A stretch of 64,000 bases of DNA from Nitrospirota bacterium (GTDB taxonomy: Bacteria > Nitrospirota > Nitrospiria > Nitrospirales > NS-4). The stretch lies in assembly GCA_005877815.1 (NCBI GenBank), contig VBOG01000107.1, forward strand, positions 51,437 through 115,436, read 5' to 3'. Below, piece by piece: positions 50,413 through 60,460 of this stretch. The notes beneath the pieces were generated by a model. That model had not been told where the DNA came from. It ran no database searches and was given only the letters and a program-made list of their open reading frames with translations. The translations under genes were made by a program, and so were the position numbers. Each line of letters begins with the position of its first letter. Positions within the stretch are counted from its first letter, which is position 1.

Positions 50413-51410
50413 AGGCCCTCGTCACCGGAGGCGGGGGGTTCCTGGGCCGGCATATCGTCTCCAAGTTGCTGGCACGAGGCGATTCGGTCCGAGTGCTGGG
50501 GCGTCAGGCATACTCCGATCTGGAAGCGCGGGGTGTCGAAACAATCCGGGCCGATCTGCAGAATGCGACGGCAGTTGAGCAGGCCTGCCGTGGAATGGAC
50601 ATGGTCTTCCATGCGGGGGCCCGGACCGCCTATTGGGGGGCCTGGCGCTCGTTCTACGGAACGAACGTTCTGGGGACGCGAAATGTTCTCGAAGGATGCC
50701 GGAAGGGCGCTGTGCGCAAACTGATTTATACCAGCACGCCGAGCGTCGTGTGGGCCCACGGAGGCCTTGAGGGAATGGACGAGTCGGTCCCCTATCCTGA
50801 TCGGTATACGTGCCCCTATCCCGCTACCAAGGCCATCGCCGAACGGCTGGTCTTAGAGGGGAACGGCGTCGGTGGTCTCCTGACCGTCTCCCTGCGGCCC
50901 CATCTGATTTTCGGTCCGGGCGACCCACATCTGTTCCCTCGGATCATCGAGCGCGCGTGTCGGGGGCAATTGGTGCAAGTCGGAGACGGCACGAACAAGG
51001 TGGATGTCGTCTATGTGGAGAACGCGGCCGACGCCCACCTGCTCGCCGCCGACAAGCTGGGGGCTGGTTCGCCAGTCAATGGTCATGCATATTTCATTTC
51101 ACAGGGAGTGCCCGTGGTGCTCTGGGCATGGATTAATGGGATACTGGAGCGGATGCAGTTCCCTCACGTCGGCCGGAAAGTGTCGTACGGAATGGCCAGG
51201 GCTGTTGGAGCGGCGATGGAGATCGCCTATACTGTGTTACCGCTGCCTGGGGAACCGAGAATGACGCGCTTCCTGGCAGACCAATTGGCCACCTCGCATT
51301 ACTTCGACATTTCCCGCGCGCGCAAGGACCTCGGCTACGAACCTCGGATCAGCACCGAGGACGGATTGGACCGAACGATCAAGGCGCTCCAAAGTGGTTC
51401 TCTAAATTGA
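50409..51410 (+). CDS. oleD: OleD 2-alkyl-3-oxoalkanoate reductase (extended SDR)
   Basis: TGGGGFLG, YTSTPSV, YPATK, LRPHLIFGPGD. Confidence 0.88.
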   Translation: MKALVTGGGGFLGRHIVSKLLARGDSVRVLGRQAYSDLEARGVETIRADLQNATAVEQACRGMDMVFHAGARTAYWGAWRSFYGTNVLGTRNVLEGCRKGAVRKLIYTSTPSVVWAHGGLEGMDESVPYPDRYTCPYPATKAIAERLVLEGNGVGGLLTVSLRPHLIFGPGDPHLFPRIIERACRGQLVQVGDGTNKVDVVYVENAADAHLLAADKLGAGSPVNGHAYFISQGVPVVLWAWINGILERMQFPHVGRKVSYGMARAVGAAMEIAYTVLPLPGEPRMTRFLADQLATSHYFDISRARKDLGYEPRISTEDGLDRTIKALQSGSLN

Positions 51411-51415
51411 CTGCC

Positions 51416-52978
51416 ATGGCCGACATCGTCTTAATCAATCCGCGTTTCGAGATTTCCTTCTGGGGTCTGGAACATGTCCTGCCGATCATGGGGAAAAGAG
51501 CCAACATGCCGGTGGGCAGCTTGCCGCTGCTGGCGGCTTTGACGCCGGCGCCGCACCAGGTGACGCTGATCGATGAGAATGTCGAGGCCATCGACTTCGA
51601 GCGCGTGGCCCGGGCGGACATTGTCGGGCTGACCGGGCAGATCGTGCAGCGTTTTCGCATGCGCGAGATCCTGGCCGAGCTCAAGGATCGCGGTGCCTGC
51701 ACGATCGTGGGCGGGTCATGGGTCAGCGTGCAGGAGGACTACTTTGAAGGCCTCGCCGACGTCATTTTCGTGGGCGAGGCGGATGAGAGCTGGCCGCGCT
51801 TCTTGCGGGAGTGGGAACAGGGCCGGCACCAGGGTCGCTACCAGCAAGCCCAGCAGACCGACATGAGTACCGTGCCGACGCCGCGCTTCGACCTCTTGAA
51901 GATGCAGCACTACCTGTTCGGCAGCGTGCAGTTCTCACGCGGCTGTCCCTTCAAGTGCGAGTTCTGCGATATCCCGATCAACTTCGGCCACCGTCCGCGG
52001 CTCAAAACTTCCGCCCAGATGATGGCCGAGCTGGATGCCCTGCGCGCCCAGAACACCGACATCGTCTTCATCGTCGATGACAACCTGATCGGCAACAAGA
52101 AAGCCATCAAGGTGCTGCTCCGCGACCTGATTGACTACCAGCGAGACCACGGGTATTTCTTTCACTTCTTCACCGACACGTCCCTGGACCTGGCCGAGGA
52201 TGCCGAGCTGATGGACCTGATGGCCCAGGCCAATATCGTGGCTGTCTTCATCGGCATCGAAAGTCCGAACGAGGACTCCTTGCGTGAGACCAAGAAGTTT
52301 CAGAACGTCCGTGCCGGCGGCTCGATGCTGGAAAAGGTCTGGCGCATCCAGGAGGCGGGCATGGAGGTGATGTCCGGCATGATCCTGGGTTTCGACCACG
52401 ACAACGCCGGCATCTTCGAGGCCCAGCTCGAATTCATGACGCGGGCCCGCATCGTGGATACTTCGGTCGGCATGCTCTATGCCATCCCGAAGACGCCTTT
52501 GCATGCCCGCCTGGCCGCCGAAGGACGCCTCGACCCGCAAGACGATTCCGAATTCGGCACCAATGCCATCCCCTTGAAGATGAGCCGTGAAGAGCTGCGG
52601 GACGGCTACATCAAGGTGATCAGCGATCTGTACGAGCCCAAGGCGTTCTTCGGCAGGCTGGAAGATCTGGTGCTGCATGGCCACCTGGACTATGGCAGGG
52701 CCGTGAGACGCTACTGGCGCGGCCATCCCCGGGCCTGGTTCAAGACCCAGGCCAAGAACCTGGTCCGTTCTCTTGTGCTGTACCAGCGTTTGATGTGGGG
52801 CATTCCGGAAGGTTCGCTGCGCCGCGAATACCGCCGCCGACTCGGCCGCCTTTTACAGTTCAGCCGCAATCCCAGTCTTTTCCTGATGTATGTCATCAAA
52901 TGTGGCTTGCACTACCACCAGTACACCCGTGCCAGCCAAATGGCTGCTGGCGTGAGCCGGCCGTTGATAGGGGCCTAA
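51416..52978 (+). CDS. cobalamin-binding radical SAM protein (HpnP-like/DUF4070 type)
   Basis: N-terminal B12-binding domain (LIDENVE, IVGG, FVGEAD), RGCPFKCEFC, VDDNLIGN, FIGIES, GFDHD. Confidence 0.88.
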   Translation: MADIVLINPRFEISFWGLEHVLPIMGKRANMPVGSLPLLAALTPAPHQVTLIDENVEAIDFERVARADIVGLTGQIVQRFRMREILAELKDRGACTIVGGSWVSVQEDYFEGLADVIFVGEADESWPRFLREWEQGRHQGRYQQAQQTDMSTVPTPRFDLLKMQHYLFGSVQFSRGCPFKCEFCDIPINFGHRPRLKTSAQMMAELDALRAQNTDIVFIVDDNLIGNKKAIKVLLRDLIDYQRDHGYFFHFFTDTSLDLAEDAELMDLMAQANIVAVFIGIESPNEDSLRETKKFQNVRAGGSMLEKVWRIQEAGMEVMSGMILGFDHDNAGIFEAQLEFMTRARIVDTSVGMLYAIPKTPLHARLAAEGRLDPQDDSEFGTNAIPLKMSREELRDGYIKVISDLYEPKAFFGRLEDLVLHGHLDYGRAVRRYWRGHPRAWFKTQAKNLVRSLVLYQRLMWGIPEGSLRREYRRRLGRLLQFSRNPSLFLMYVIKCGLHYHQYTRASQMAAGVSRPLIGA

Positions 52979-52986
52979 CTCTCGTC

Positions 52987-54222
52987 ATGATGGATAAGCA
53001 CCGGCGCATCGTCATCACCGGCATCGGCCTCACGGCCCCGAATGGCAATACGTTGGACGCCTTTCGCGCGAGTCTGTTGAAGGGCGTTTCGGGCGTCGTT
53101 CCGTTTGAGACCCGTTATATGGGGAAGGTGCTCGCCGGCGTCTGCACATACGATCCGTTGAAGTATCAGATGAAGAAAGAAGTGCGGCGCGGGACGCGGG
53201 CGGGATCCATCGCCATCTATTGTTCCCGTGAAGCCATGGCGGATTCCAAGCTGGATTTCGTATCGTTCGACAAAAGTCGCGTCGGCGTCTATCTCGGCAT
53301 CACGGAGCACGGCAACGTCGAGACCGAGAACGAAATCTACAACATCAGCCAATTCAACTACGATACCAAGTTCTGGTCGCATCACCACAATCCCCGAACC
53401 GTCGCCAATTCTTCGGCGGGCGAGGTGACATTGAACATGGGCATCACCGGTCCGCACTATACGATCGGTGCCGCCTGCGCCGCGGGGAATGCCGGCGTGA
53501 TCCAGGGGGCGCAGATGCTGCTGCTCGGCGAGGTCGACATCGCACTGGCCGGCGGCGTCTCCGAGAGCATCCATACATTCGGGATCTTCGCCAGCTTCGC
53601 CAGCCAGGGAGCGTTGGCATCCCATCCCGACCCCGCCAAGGCCTCGCGGCCCTTTGATCGCGACCGGAACGGCATCGTCTGCTCGGAAGGCGGCTGTGTG
53701 TACGTGCTGGAGCGCCTCGACCATGCCGAAGCGCGGGGCGCCCAAATCTATGGAGAGATCATCGGCTATCACATCAATTCCGACGCGACGGATTTTGTGC
53801 TTCCCAATGCGGAACGGCACATCGAGTGCATGCGGACTGCGCTCAAGAAAGCCGGGCTCGGCCCGCAGGACATTGACGTTGTCAGCACGCATGCCACGGC
53901 CACCCCGCTGGGGGATATCCAGGAATGCATCGCGCTCCGGACGGTCTTTGCCGACTGCCTGAATACGCACTTCAACAATACGAAGAGCTTCATTGGTCAT
54001 GCCATGGGCGCGGCCGGTGCCTTGGAGCTGGCGGGCAATCTCCCCTCCTTCGACGACGGCCTGATCCATCACACCATCAATGTGGACCATCTCGACCCAG
54101 ACTGTGCGCTGGACAATTTGGTCTTGCACGAGCCGAGGCGGGTGCGGCATGTCACCTACGTACTGAACAATTCCTCCGGCATGCTGGGAATCAACTCCGT
54201 GGTGGTTGTAAAACGCGTGTAA
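52987..54222 (+). CDS. fabF: beta-ketoacyl-ACP synthase (FabF/FabB family)
   Basis: IVITGIG, GAACAAG, SRPFDRDRNG, THATAT, IGHAMGAAG (Cys-His-His). Confidence 0.9.
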   Translation: MMDKHRRIVITGIGLTAPNGNTLDAFRASLLKGVSGVVPFETRYMGKVLAGVCTYDPLKYQMKKEVRRGTRAGSIAIYCSREAMADSKLDFVSFDKSRVGVYLGITEHGNVETENEIYNISQFNYDTKFWSHHHNPRTVANSSAGEVTLNMGITGPHYTIGAACAAGNAGVIQGAQMLLLGEVDIALAGGVSESIHTFGIFASFASQGALASHPDPAKASRPFDRDRNGIVCSEGGCVYVLERLDHAEARGAQIYGEIIGYHINSDATDFVLPNAERHIECMRTALKKAGLGPQDIDVVSTHATATPLGDIQECIALRTVFADCLNTHFNNTKSFIGHAMGAAGALELAGNLPSFDDGLIHHTINVDHLDPDCALDNLVLHEPRRVRHVTYVLNNSSGMLGINSVVVVKRV

Positions 54223-54278
54223 ATCGTGTATTTTTTGACGCCGATTGTGACCAGCGAAAACGTCGGGGAAGTCGACTG

Positions 54279-54530
54279 ATGACCAATGACCAGATCAAGC
54301 ACGCGGTGCTGCAGATTATCGCTGTCATCGCACCGGATGAAGATCTGAGTCACGTGAAGAGCGATGTCGCGTTGAGGGATCAGTTGGAACTGGATTCCAT
54401 GGATTTCCTCGACATCGTGATGGAATTGCGCAAGCGGTACGGGGTCGAGGTGCCGGAAGGCGATTATGGACAACTCGCCAGCCTCGACAGTTGCGTCATC
54501 TATCTCGCCCCGAAGCTCAAAGACAAGTAA
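54279..54530 (+). CDS. acyl carrier protein
   Basis: 83 aa acidic, LELDSMDFLDIVMELRKRYGV. Confidence 0.92.
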   Translation: MTNDQIKHAVLQIIAVIAPDEDLSHVKSDVALRDQLELDSMDFLDIVMELRKRYGVEVPEGDYGQLASLDSCVIYLAPKLKDK

Positions 54531-54603
54531 TCGTCTCTCGCTCCGTCTTTCCGACGTTCTCTCAGCTGTGAGCGCCCACGAATTTCGGTATAATCCAGCC
54601 GCC

Positions 54604-56004
54604 ATGGCCCAGACTCACTACGATGTCATCATCATCGGCGCGGGGATGTCCGGCATGGCGGCAGGCATCAGGCTGGCATATTTCGACAAGTCCGTCTGCG
54701 TGTTGGAGCGGCACTATGCCGCGGGTGGGCTCAATTCCTTCTACGCATTGGACGGGCATCAATTCGATGTCGGCCTTCATGCCATGACGAATTACGTCCG
54801 GCCCGGCACGCGCGGCGCTCCCCTCACGAAAATCTTTCGCCAATTGCGCTTGACGCCGGAGGATTTCGGATTGGCGCCGCAGCATCATTCCGAGGTGCGC
54901 TTCCCGGGCAAGACGCTCCGTTTCAACAACGACTTTAGATGTTTCGTCCAGGACGTCGTCGACAACTTCCCCGCACAGGCTGACCACTTTGTCAGGCTGG
55001 TGAAGCACATCCAGGAATACGACGAACTGGACCTCGAGGCGCCGCCGCGTTCAGGGAGAGCGGTCGTCTCCTCCTTCCTCAGCGACCCTTTGCTGACGGA
55101 CATGATCTTCTGCCCCCTGATGATTTATGGGAATGCTCAGGAGCGCGACATGGAATTCGGCCAGTTCGTCGTGATGTTCAAGAGCATCTTCTGCGAAGGC
55201 CTCGGCCGCCCGCGGGAAGGCGTGCGGCGTATCATCACCGCGCTCCGACGAAAACTACGTGAGGTCGGCGGGACCGTCCGGATGAAATGCGGCGTCCAGG
55301 CACTGAATGCCGAAGGCACGCGGATCACCTCGGTGACCTTGGATACCGGCGAGATCCTCACTGCCAACACGATCCTCTCGTCGGCGGGATATGTGGAAAC
55401 GATGCGCCTCTGCGGAACAGACCATGCCACGCTGGCTCCGATGGAAGGCCGGCTGTCCTTCGTGGAGATTATCTCCATCCTCGACCAGCCGATGAAACAC
55501 CTCGGCCACGACGCCACCATCATCTTTTACAATACCGGCAAGGAGTTTCATTACGAGACGCCGAAGAACCTGGTCGACGCGCGCAGCGGCGTCATCTGCT
55601 GCCCCGACAACTTCCTCTTCGACAAGCCGCTTCCGGAAAGCATGATCCGGCTGACCTGCCTCGCGAACTTCGACGGCTGGAACGCGCTTGACGAACCGGC
55701 CTACCTTCGAGCCAAGACGGAGTGGCTTCCGAAGATCCAGCAGGAAGTGCTACACTTCATCCCCGATTTCAGACACCATGTCGTCTACACCGATTTCTTT
55801 ACGCCGCGGACCATCCAGAAATGGACGGGGCATCTCAATGGCGCAGTGTACGGCGCTCCCGAGAAGCTGAAAACCGGAAAGACTCCCATTGAGAACCTCT
55901 TCATCTGCGGCACAGATCAAGGTTTCCTCGGCATCGTCGGAGCCATGCTGAGCGGCATCTCCATGGCCAATCTTCACGTGTTGAAAAGAGCCCATGCCCG
56001 CTGA
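54604..56004 (+). CDS. phytoene desaturase (CrtI)-like FAD oxidoreductase 1
   Basis: [25 protein letters not shown]...NGAVYG, NLFICG. Confidence 0.85.
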   Translation: MAQTHYDVIIIGAGMSGMAAGIRLAYFDKSVCVLERHYAAGGLNSFYALDGHQFDVGLHAMTNYVRPGTRGAPLTKIFRQLRLTPEDFGLAPQHHSEVRFPGKTLRFNNDFRCFVQDVVDNFPAQADHFVRLVKHIQEYDELDLEAPPRSGRAVVSSFLSDPLLTDMIFCPLMIYGNAQERDMEFGQFVVMFKSIFCEGLGRPREGVRRIITALRRKLREVGGTVRMKCGVQALNAEGTRITSVTLDTGEILTANTILSSAGYVETMRLCGTDHATLAPMEGRLSFVEIISILDQPMKHLGHDATIIFYNTGKEFHYETPKNLVDARSGVICCPDNFLFDKPLPESMIRLTCLANFDGWNALDEPAYLRAKTEWLPKIQQEVLHFIPDFRHHVVYTDFFTPRTIQKWTGHLNGAVYGAPEKLKTGKTPIENLFICGTDQGFLGIVGAMLSGISMANLHVLKRAHAR

Positions 56005-57448
56005 CTGGCTGAAAGACGTCAAACACGACTACGACGTGATCGTCATCGGCTCGGGATTGGCGGGCCTGACGGCAGCCAACCGCCTGGCCACCTGCGGCTA
56101 TTCCGTGCTGCTGCTCGAGCACCATTATAATTTCGGCGGCATGGCCACCTGGTTCAAACGCCGGGGCAACCACATCTTCGACATTTCCCTGCATGGCTTT
56201 CCGATCGGCATGGTGAAAACATGCCGCAAGTACTGGTCGGCCGACATCGCCGATTCCATCGTGCAGATCAAGGGCATCCGCTTCGATAACCCGCAGTTCT
56301 CCTTCACCACCACCTTTGACAGGACCGACTTCACCGACAAGCTCGTCACCTATTTCAAGATCCCGCCGGCCACGGTGGAGGCCTTCTTTCAGTTTGCCCG
56401 GAGCATGAATTTCTACGACGATCAGGCGATGACGACTCGCGATCTGTTCCAGAAATACTTTCCCGGCCGTCACGACCTGTGGCGTCTGCTGATGGAACCC
56501 ATCGCGTATGCCAATGGTTCGACGCTCGACGATCCGGCTATCACCTTCGGCATCGTCTTTTCGAATTTCATGAACAAGGGTGTGTACACGTTTCAAGGCG
56601 GCACCGACAAGCTCATCATGAAGATGAAAGCCACGCTGAAGGCCCACGGGGTCGACTTGCGCCACCATGCGCTGGTGGAAAAAGTGCTGATTGAAAAGGA
56701 ACGGGTCGCCGGCGTCGTGTGCAACGGGCGCACGATCCGTGCGAAGGCGGTCCTCTCCAACGCCAACCTGACCGCCACGATTCATTCCCTGGTCGGCGAC
56801 GAGTATTTCGGGTCGGACTTCATCCGGGAAGCCAGAGCCGTCCGGCTGAACAGCAGCAGCTGCCAGGTGTACATGGGGATCCGCAAAGGGGAGACGATCC
56901 CCAACATCGGCGATCTGTTCTTCACCTCCTCCCACCCGGTGTTTGACTCCGAGGCGCTGAACGCCATGGACGTGACCAGCCGCACCTACTCCCTCTACTA
57001 CCCGGACACGCGCCCGGGGTCGGACCGCTACGCCATCGTGTGTTCGACGAACGCCAACTACAGGGATTGGGCCGCGTTGAACGAGGATGCGTACCGACGG
57101 GAAAAAGAGCGGCTCATCGAAGGCGTCGTCGCCACGCTCGAGAAATATCTTCCCGGCGTTCACGGCAAAATCGATCATCTTGAAGCCTCGACGCCCCGCA
57201 CCTTCGAGCACTACACCCGGCATGTCAACGGAGCGTCGTTCGGCACCAAGTTCGAGGGGCTGAAGGTCAGCCAGAATCTTCCCAAACAAATCAGCGGACT
57301 CTTTCATGCAGGATCCGTCGGCATCATCATGTCCGGCTGGCTCGGCGCCATCAACTATGGGGTGATCGTCGCGAACGAGATGGACAAACATCTGCGGCAG
57401 GCCACGGGGTGTATGGTTCAGTCTCCGGCCATGGCGACCCATGAGTAG
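55994..57448 (+). CDS. phytoene desaturase (CrtI)-like FAD oxidoreductase 2
   Basis: [41 protein letters not shown]. Confidence 0.85.
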   Translation: MPADWLKDVKHDYDVIVIGSGLAGLTAANRLATCGYSVLLLEHHYNFGGMATWFKRRGNHIFDISLHGFPIGMVKTCRKYWSADIADSIVQIKGIRFDNPQFSFTTTFDRTDFTDKLVTYFKIPPATVEAFFQFARSMNFYDDQAMTTRDLFQKYFPGRHDLWRLLMEPIAYANGSTLDDPAITFGIVFSNFMNKGVYTFQGGTDKLIMKMKATLKAHGVDLRHHALVEKVLIEKERVAGVVCNGRTIRAKAVLSNANLTATIHSLVGDEYFGSDFIREARAVRLNSSSCQVYMGIRKGETIPNIGDLFFTSSHPVFDSEALNAMDVTSRTYSLYYPDTRPGSDRYAIVCSTNANYRDWAALNEDAYRREKERLIEGVVATLEKYLPGVHGKIDHLEASTPRTFEHYTRHVNGASFGTKFEGLKVSQNLPKQISGLFHAGSVGIIMSGWLGAINYGVIVANEMDKHLRQATGCMVQSPAMATHE

Positions 57449-58193
57449 GGCGAGCTTCGACTACAGCAGTCAGACGATCGTCGTGACCGGAGGCACCCGC
57501 GGGATCGGCCGCGCGATTTCCCGGCGGTTCCTCGACGCAGGGGCAACGGTGGTGGCGACCTACACCGCCAACCGCGATGCCGCGGACGAGTTCAAGACGT
57601 CAGCTGGGCCTGCCGCCGACCGGTTGCATCTGAGGAAATTTGAGGTCGAGGATTACGCGCAGGCGAAGGCGTTTTATGCCTATCTCGAAAAAGAACACAA
57701 ACACTTCACCGTGCTGATCAACAACTCGGGCATCCGGAGGGATTCGGTCCTTGCGATGATGCCGCTGGACGACTGGCAAAAGGTGCTGGACGTCAACCTC
57801 ACCGGCGCGTTCAACATGTCCAAGTTGGCCGTCCTGATGTTCATGGCCAATCGGTATGGCCGCATCATCACGATCACGTCCCCCTCAGGACGTTTCGGGT
57901 TCGAGGGGCAGGCCAATTACGCCGCCTCCAAGGCCGGATTGGTCGCGATGACCCGCTCGCTCTCGAAAGAAGTCGCGTCTCGCGGTATCACCGTGAACTG
58001 CGTCTCGCCGGGGCTTATTGACACGGACTTCATCGCGGATCTCCCCGACAAGTTGCGCAAGGAATATCTCGCCGCCATTCCCCTGAAGCGTTTCGGCACC
58101 CCGGACGAAGTGGCGGCCAGCGTGCTCTTCCTTGCATCGCGCGATGCGGACTACATCACCGGCTCGGTCCTCTCGGTTGACGGAGGCATGTAG
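57441..58193 (+). CDS. fabG: 3-oxoacyl-ACP reductase
   Basis: [27 protein letters not shown]. Confidence 0.9.
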   Translation: MSRASFDYSSQTIVVTGGTRGIGRAISRRFLDAGATVVATYTANRDAADEFKTSAGPAADRLHLRKFEVEDYAQAKAFYAYLEKEHKHFTVLINNSGIRRDSVLAMMPLDDWQKVLDVNLTGAFNMSKLAVLMFMANRYGRIITITSPSGRFGFEGQANYAASKAGLVAMTRSLSKEVASRGITVNCVSPGLIDTDFIADLPDKLRKEYLAAIPLKRFGTPDEVAASVLFLASRDADYITGSVLSVDGGM

Positions 58194-58670
58194 GTGGCGC
58201 CCCGTGACCACGTCAACGAAGCCCTGGCGCTGATTCCCCATCGCCCGCCGTTTCTTTTTCTCGATGAGATCCTCGAGCGAAGCACCACCCGCATCAAGGC
58301 ACTCAAGACGCTCGATCCTGAGGAACCATACCTGACCGGACATTTTCCCGGCCATCCCATCATGCCTGGCGTCTTGCTGTGCGAGTGTATCTTCCAAGCC
58401 GGGGCGGCACTCCTTTTCGGTCGGGGGACGATCCCATCAGGCACGGTCCCGGTACTGGCGAAAATCCAGAACGCCCGGTTTCGCAGGCCGGTGAGGCCCG
58501 GTGCTCGCCTCGTGATCGAGGCGGAGATTAGCGAAGAAATCGCGAACGCCGTCATTATGAAAGGCGCCATCACGGTTGATGGACACAATGTGCTGCGCAC
58601 CGAGTTCATCGTGACCATGGCATCGCTCGGCGCGCCGCTCGATGAGCCGAGGAACGGGAGCCTGCCATGA
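58194..58670 (+). CDS. fabZ: 3-hydroxyacyl-ACP dehydratase
   Basis: [35 protein letters not shown]. Confidence 0.9.
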   Translation: MAPRDHVNEALALIPHRPPFLFLDEILERSTTRIKALKTLDPEEPYLTGHFPGHPIMPGVLLCECIFQAGAALLFGRGTIPSGTVPVLAKIQNARFRRPVRPGARLVIEAEISEEIANAVIMKGAITVDGHNVLRTEFIVTMASLGAPLDEPRNGSLP

Positions 58671-59470
58671 GCTTTCTCGGGTTGGAGGGCAAAACCATCG
58701 TCGTGTTCGGCGTGGCCAACAAGAAATCGGTGGCCTTCCATATCGGCCAGGTACTGGATGAGGCAGGCGCCAAGGTGGTCTATGTGGTGCGCTCCAAAGA
58801 ACGAAAAGATACGGTGGCCCGGCTGTTGCCGGACGCGGAGATCCACGTCTGCGACGTCGAACGCGAACACGACATTGTGGCCGTGGCGGCGGACATCATG
58901 CCGGCACATCCGGTCATCCATGGGCTCGTGCATTCCATCGCCTTCGCCGACTATCACGGCGGCCTGAAGGCGTTCCATGAGACCGATCGCAAGGCCTTCC
59001 TCCAGTCGGTAGACATCTCCTGCTACTCGCTGATCGCCATCGCCAAGGCCTTCAAATCTCATCTGGCGCCGGACGCCTCGGTGGTCACGATCTCCATCTC
59101 CACAACAAGGATGGCGGCTGAAAACTACGGCTTCATGGGACCCGTCAAGGCGGCGCTCGATTCGACCATCTGTTTTCTCGCCAAGTCCTTCAGCGGCTCC
59201 TCCCATGTGCGCTTCAATTCAGTCAACCCGGGGCTGCTGAAGACGTCGGCGTCAGCGGGCATCCCAGGCTATGCCGATGACTATCTCTACGCCGAACGCC
59301 TGACGCTCCGAAAGAAAGGCGTGACGACCAGGGAAGTCGCACATGCCGCGGCGTTCCTGCTCAGCGAACGCTCGTCGGGCATCAATGCGCAGGGCATCGT
59401 CCTCGATGCGGGGATGTCGGTGAATTACTTCGACAAGGAGCTGATCAAGCGGGCGATGAGGCCTGAGTGA
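58667..59470 (+). CDS. fabI: enoyl-ACP reductase
   Basis: [34 protein letters not shown]. Confidence 0.88.
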   Translation: MSFLGLEGKTIVVFGVANKKSVAFHIGQVLDEAGAKVVYVVRSKERKDTVARLLPDAEIHVCDVEREHDIVAVAADIMPAHPVIHGLVHSIAFADYHGGLKAFHETDRKAFLQSVDISCYSLIAIAKAFKSHLAPDASVVTISISTTRMAAENYGFMGPVKAALDSTICFLAKSFSGSSHVRFNSVNPGLLKTSASAGIPGYADDYLYAERLTLRKKGVTTREVAHAAAFLLSERSSGINAQGIVLDAGMSVNYFDKELIKRAMRPE

Positions 59471-60418
59471 ATGCGCGGCCTGGCCCTTCTTCTCGTCTTC
59501 GTATCGAGCTTCTTCTATCCCGCCGCACTTCTCTCCGCCGATGATGTGCCACTCGGTTTTCAACCGTGGCAGATTGTTGAGACCAAAACGGGTCACGTCG
59601 TCACCTTCGACGACCTATTGACGCAGGTCAATGGCGCGGACGTCGTCTACCTCGGGGAGGAACACCGGAACGCCGCCCATATCGAGTCTGCGATCAAGGT
59701 TCTTCACGGGCTTGTAGCCCGCCACCGGCGTCCCATTGTGGCGATGGAGATGTTCGGCTGGGACGGCCAGACGACCCTGGATCGCTACCTGAATGACCCG
59801 AAGATGTCCAAGGAAAACTTCATGCATGACGCGCGCTGGAAGGAGAACTGGGGAGGCGACTACTCTGACTACGCGCCACTAGTCAACCTGGCGCGTGACC
59901 GGGGATTACCGCTGCTCGCGTTAAACCCACCGCGACCCCTGGTCCGGCGAGTCGCAAAGGAGGGGCTGGCCAATGTTAAGGACGACTCCGATATGACGCG
60001 GTGGGGCATGCGTGACGAGGTCTTGTACGAAGACGGCGCCTATCATGACATCATTCTCAAACAGCTTCGTTCCTGCCATACGGGCCTTGCCGATGAGGCG
60101 TACCAACGGATCTACCAGGCGTCCGTGTTCCGGGATGAAGGCATGGCGAAGACGATCTCGCAAGCCCTGCATCGACTGTCCGAGGGCGGCGGTCCCATCG
60201 TCAGCTACACGGGGGGAGGCCACATTCAGTACGGCTTACCGGTCCCCAACCGCGTGGCGAGAAAAGAGCGTCGGCCGGTGCGCCAAATCACCGTCTATCT
60301 TCAGGGCTTCGATCCAACGCGGACAGAAGAGATTCACGCGCTCTTGCGGGAAGGCATTGCGGACTACGTCTGGCTGACGCCGCTCAGCACGCACGGCCCT
60401 TCCGGACGGTGCCTGTAA
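59471..60418 (+). CDS. ChaN/Tiki-superfamily exported protein
   Basis: Signal peptide, VVYLGEEH, AMEMF, RDEGMA, GGGHI. Confidence 0.8.
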   Translation: MRGLALLLVFVSSFFYPAALLSADDVPLGFQPWQIVETKTGHVVTFDDLLTQVNGADVVYLGEEHRNAAHIESAIKVLHGLVARHRRPIVAMEMFGWDGQTTLDRYLNDPKMSKENFMHDARWKENWGGDYSDYAPLVNLARDRGLPLLALNPPRPLVRRVAKEGLANVKDDSDMTRWGMRDEVLYEDGAYHDIILKQLRSCHTGLADEAYQRIYQASVFRDEGMAKTISQALHRLSEGGGPIVSYTGGGHIQYGLPVPNRVARKERRPVRQITVYLQGFDPTRTEEIHALLREGIADYVWLTPLSTHGPSGRCL

Positions 60419-60460
60419 CGACTGTTTTGCCGATCTTCGGCGAGGAAGTCGACCGTCGTA

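Noticed and set aside
54604-57448. Carotenoid biosynthesis call
   Set aside because: No crtB/crtE/crtY; the context is ACP/FAS.
52975-59206. Long minus-strand ORFs (391, 513, 351 aa)
   Set aside because: Antisense shadows of fabF, crtI-like and fabI.
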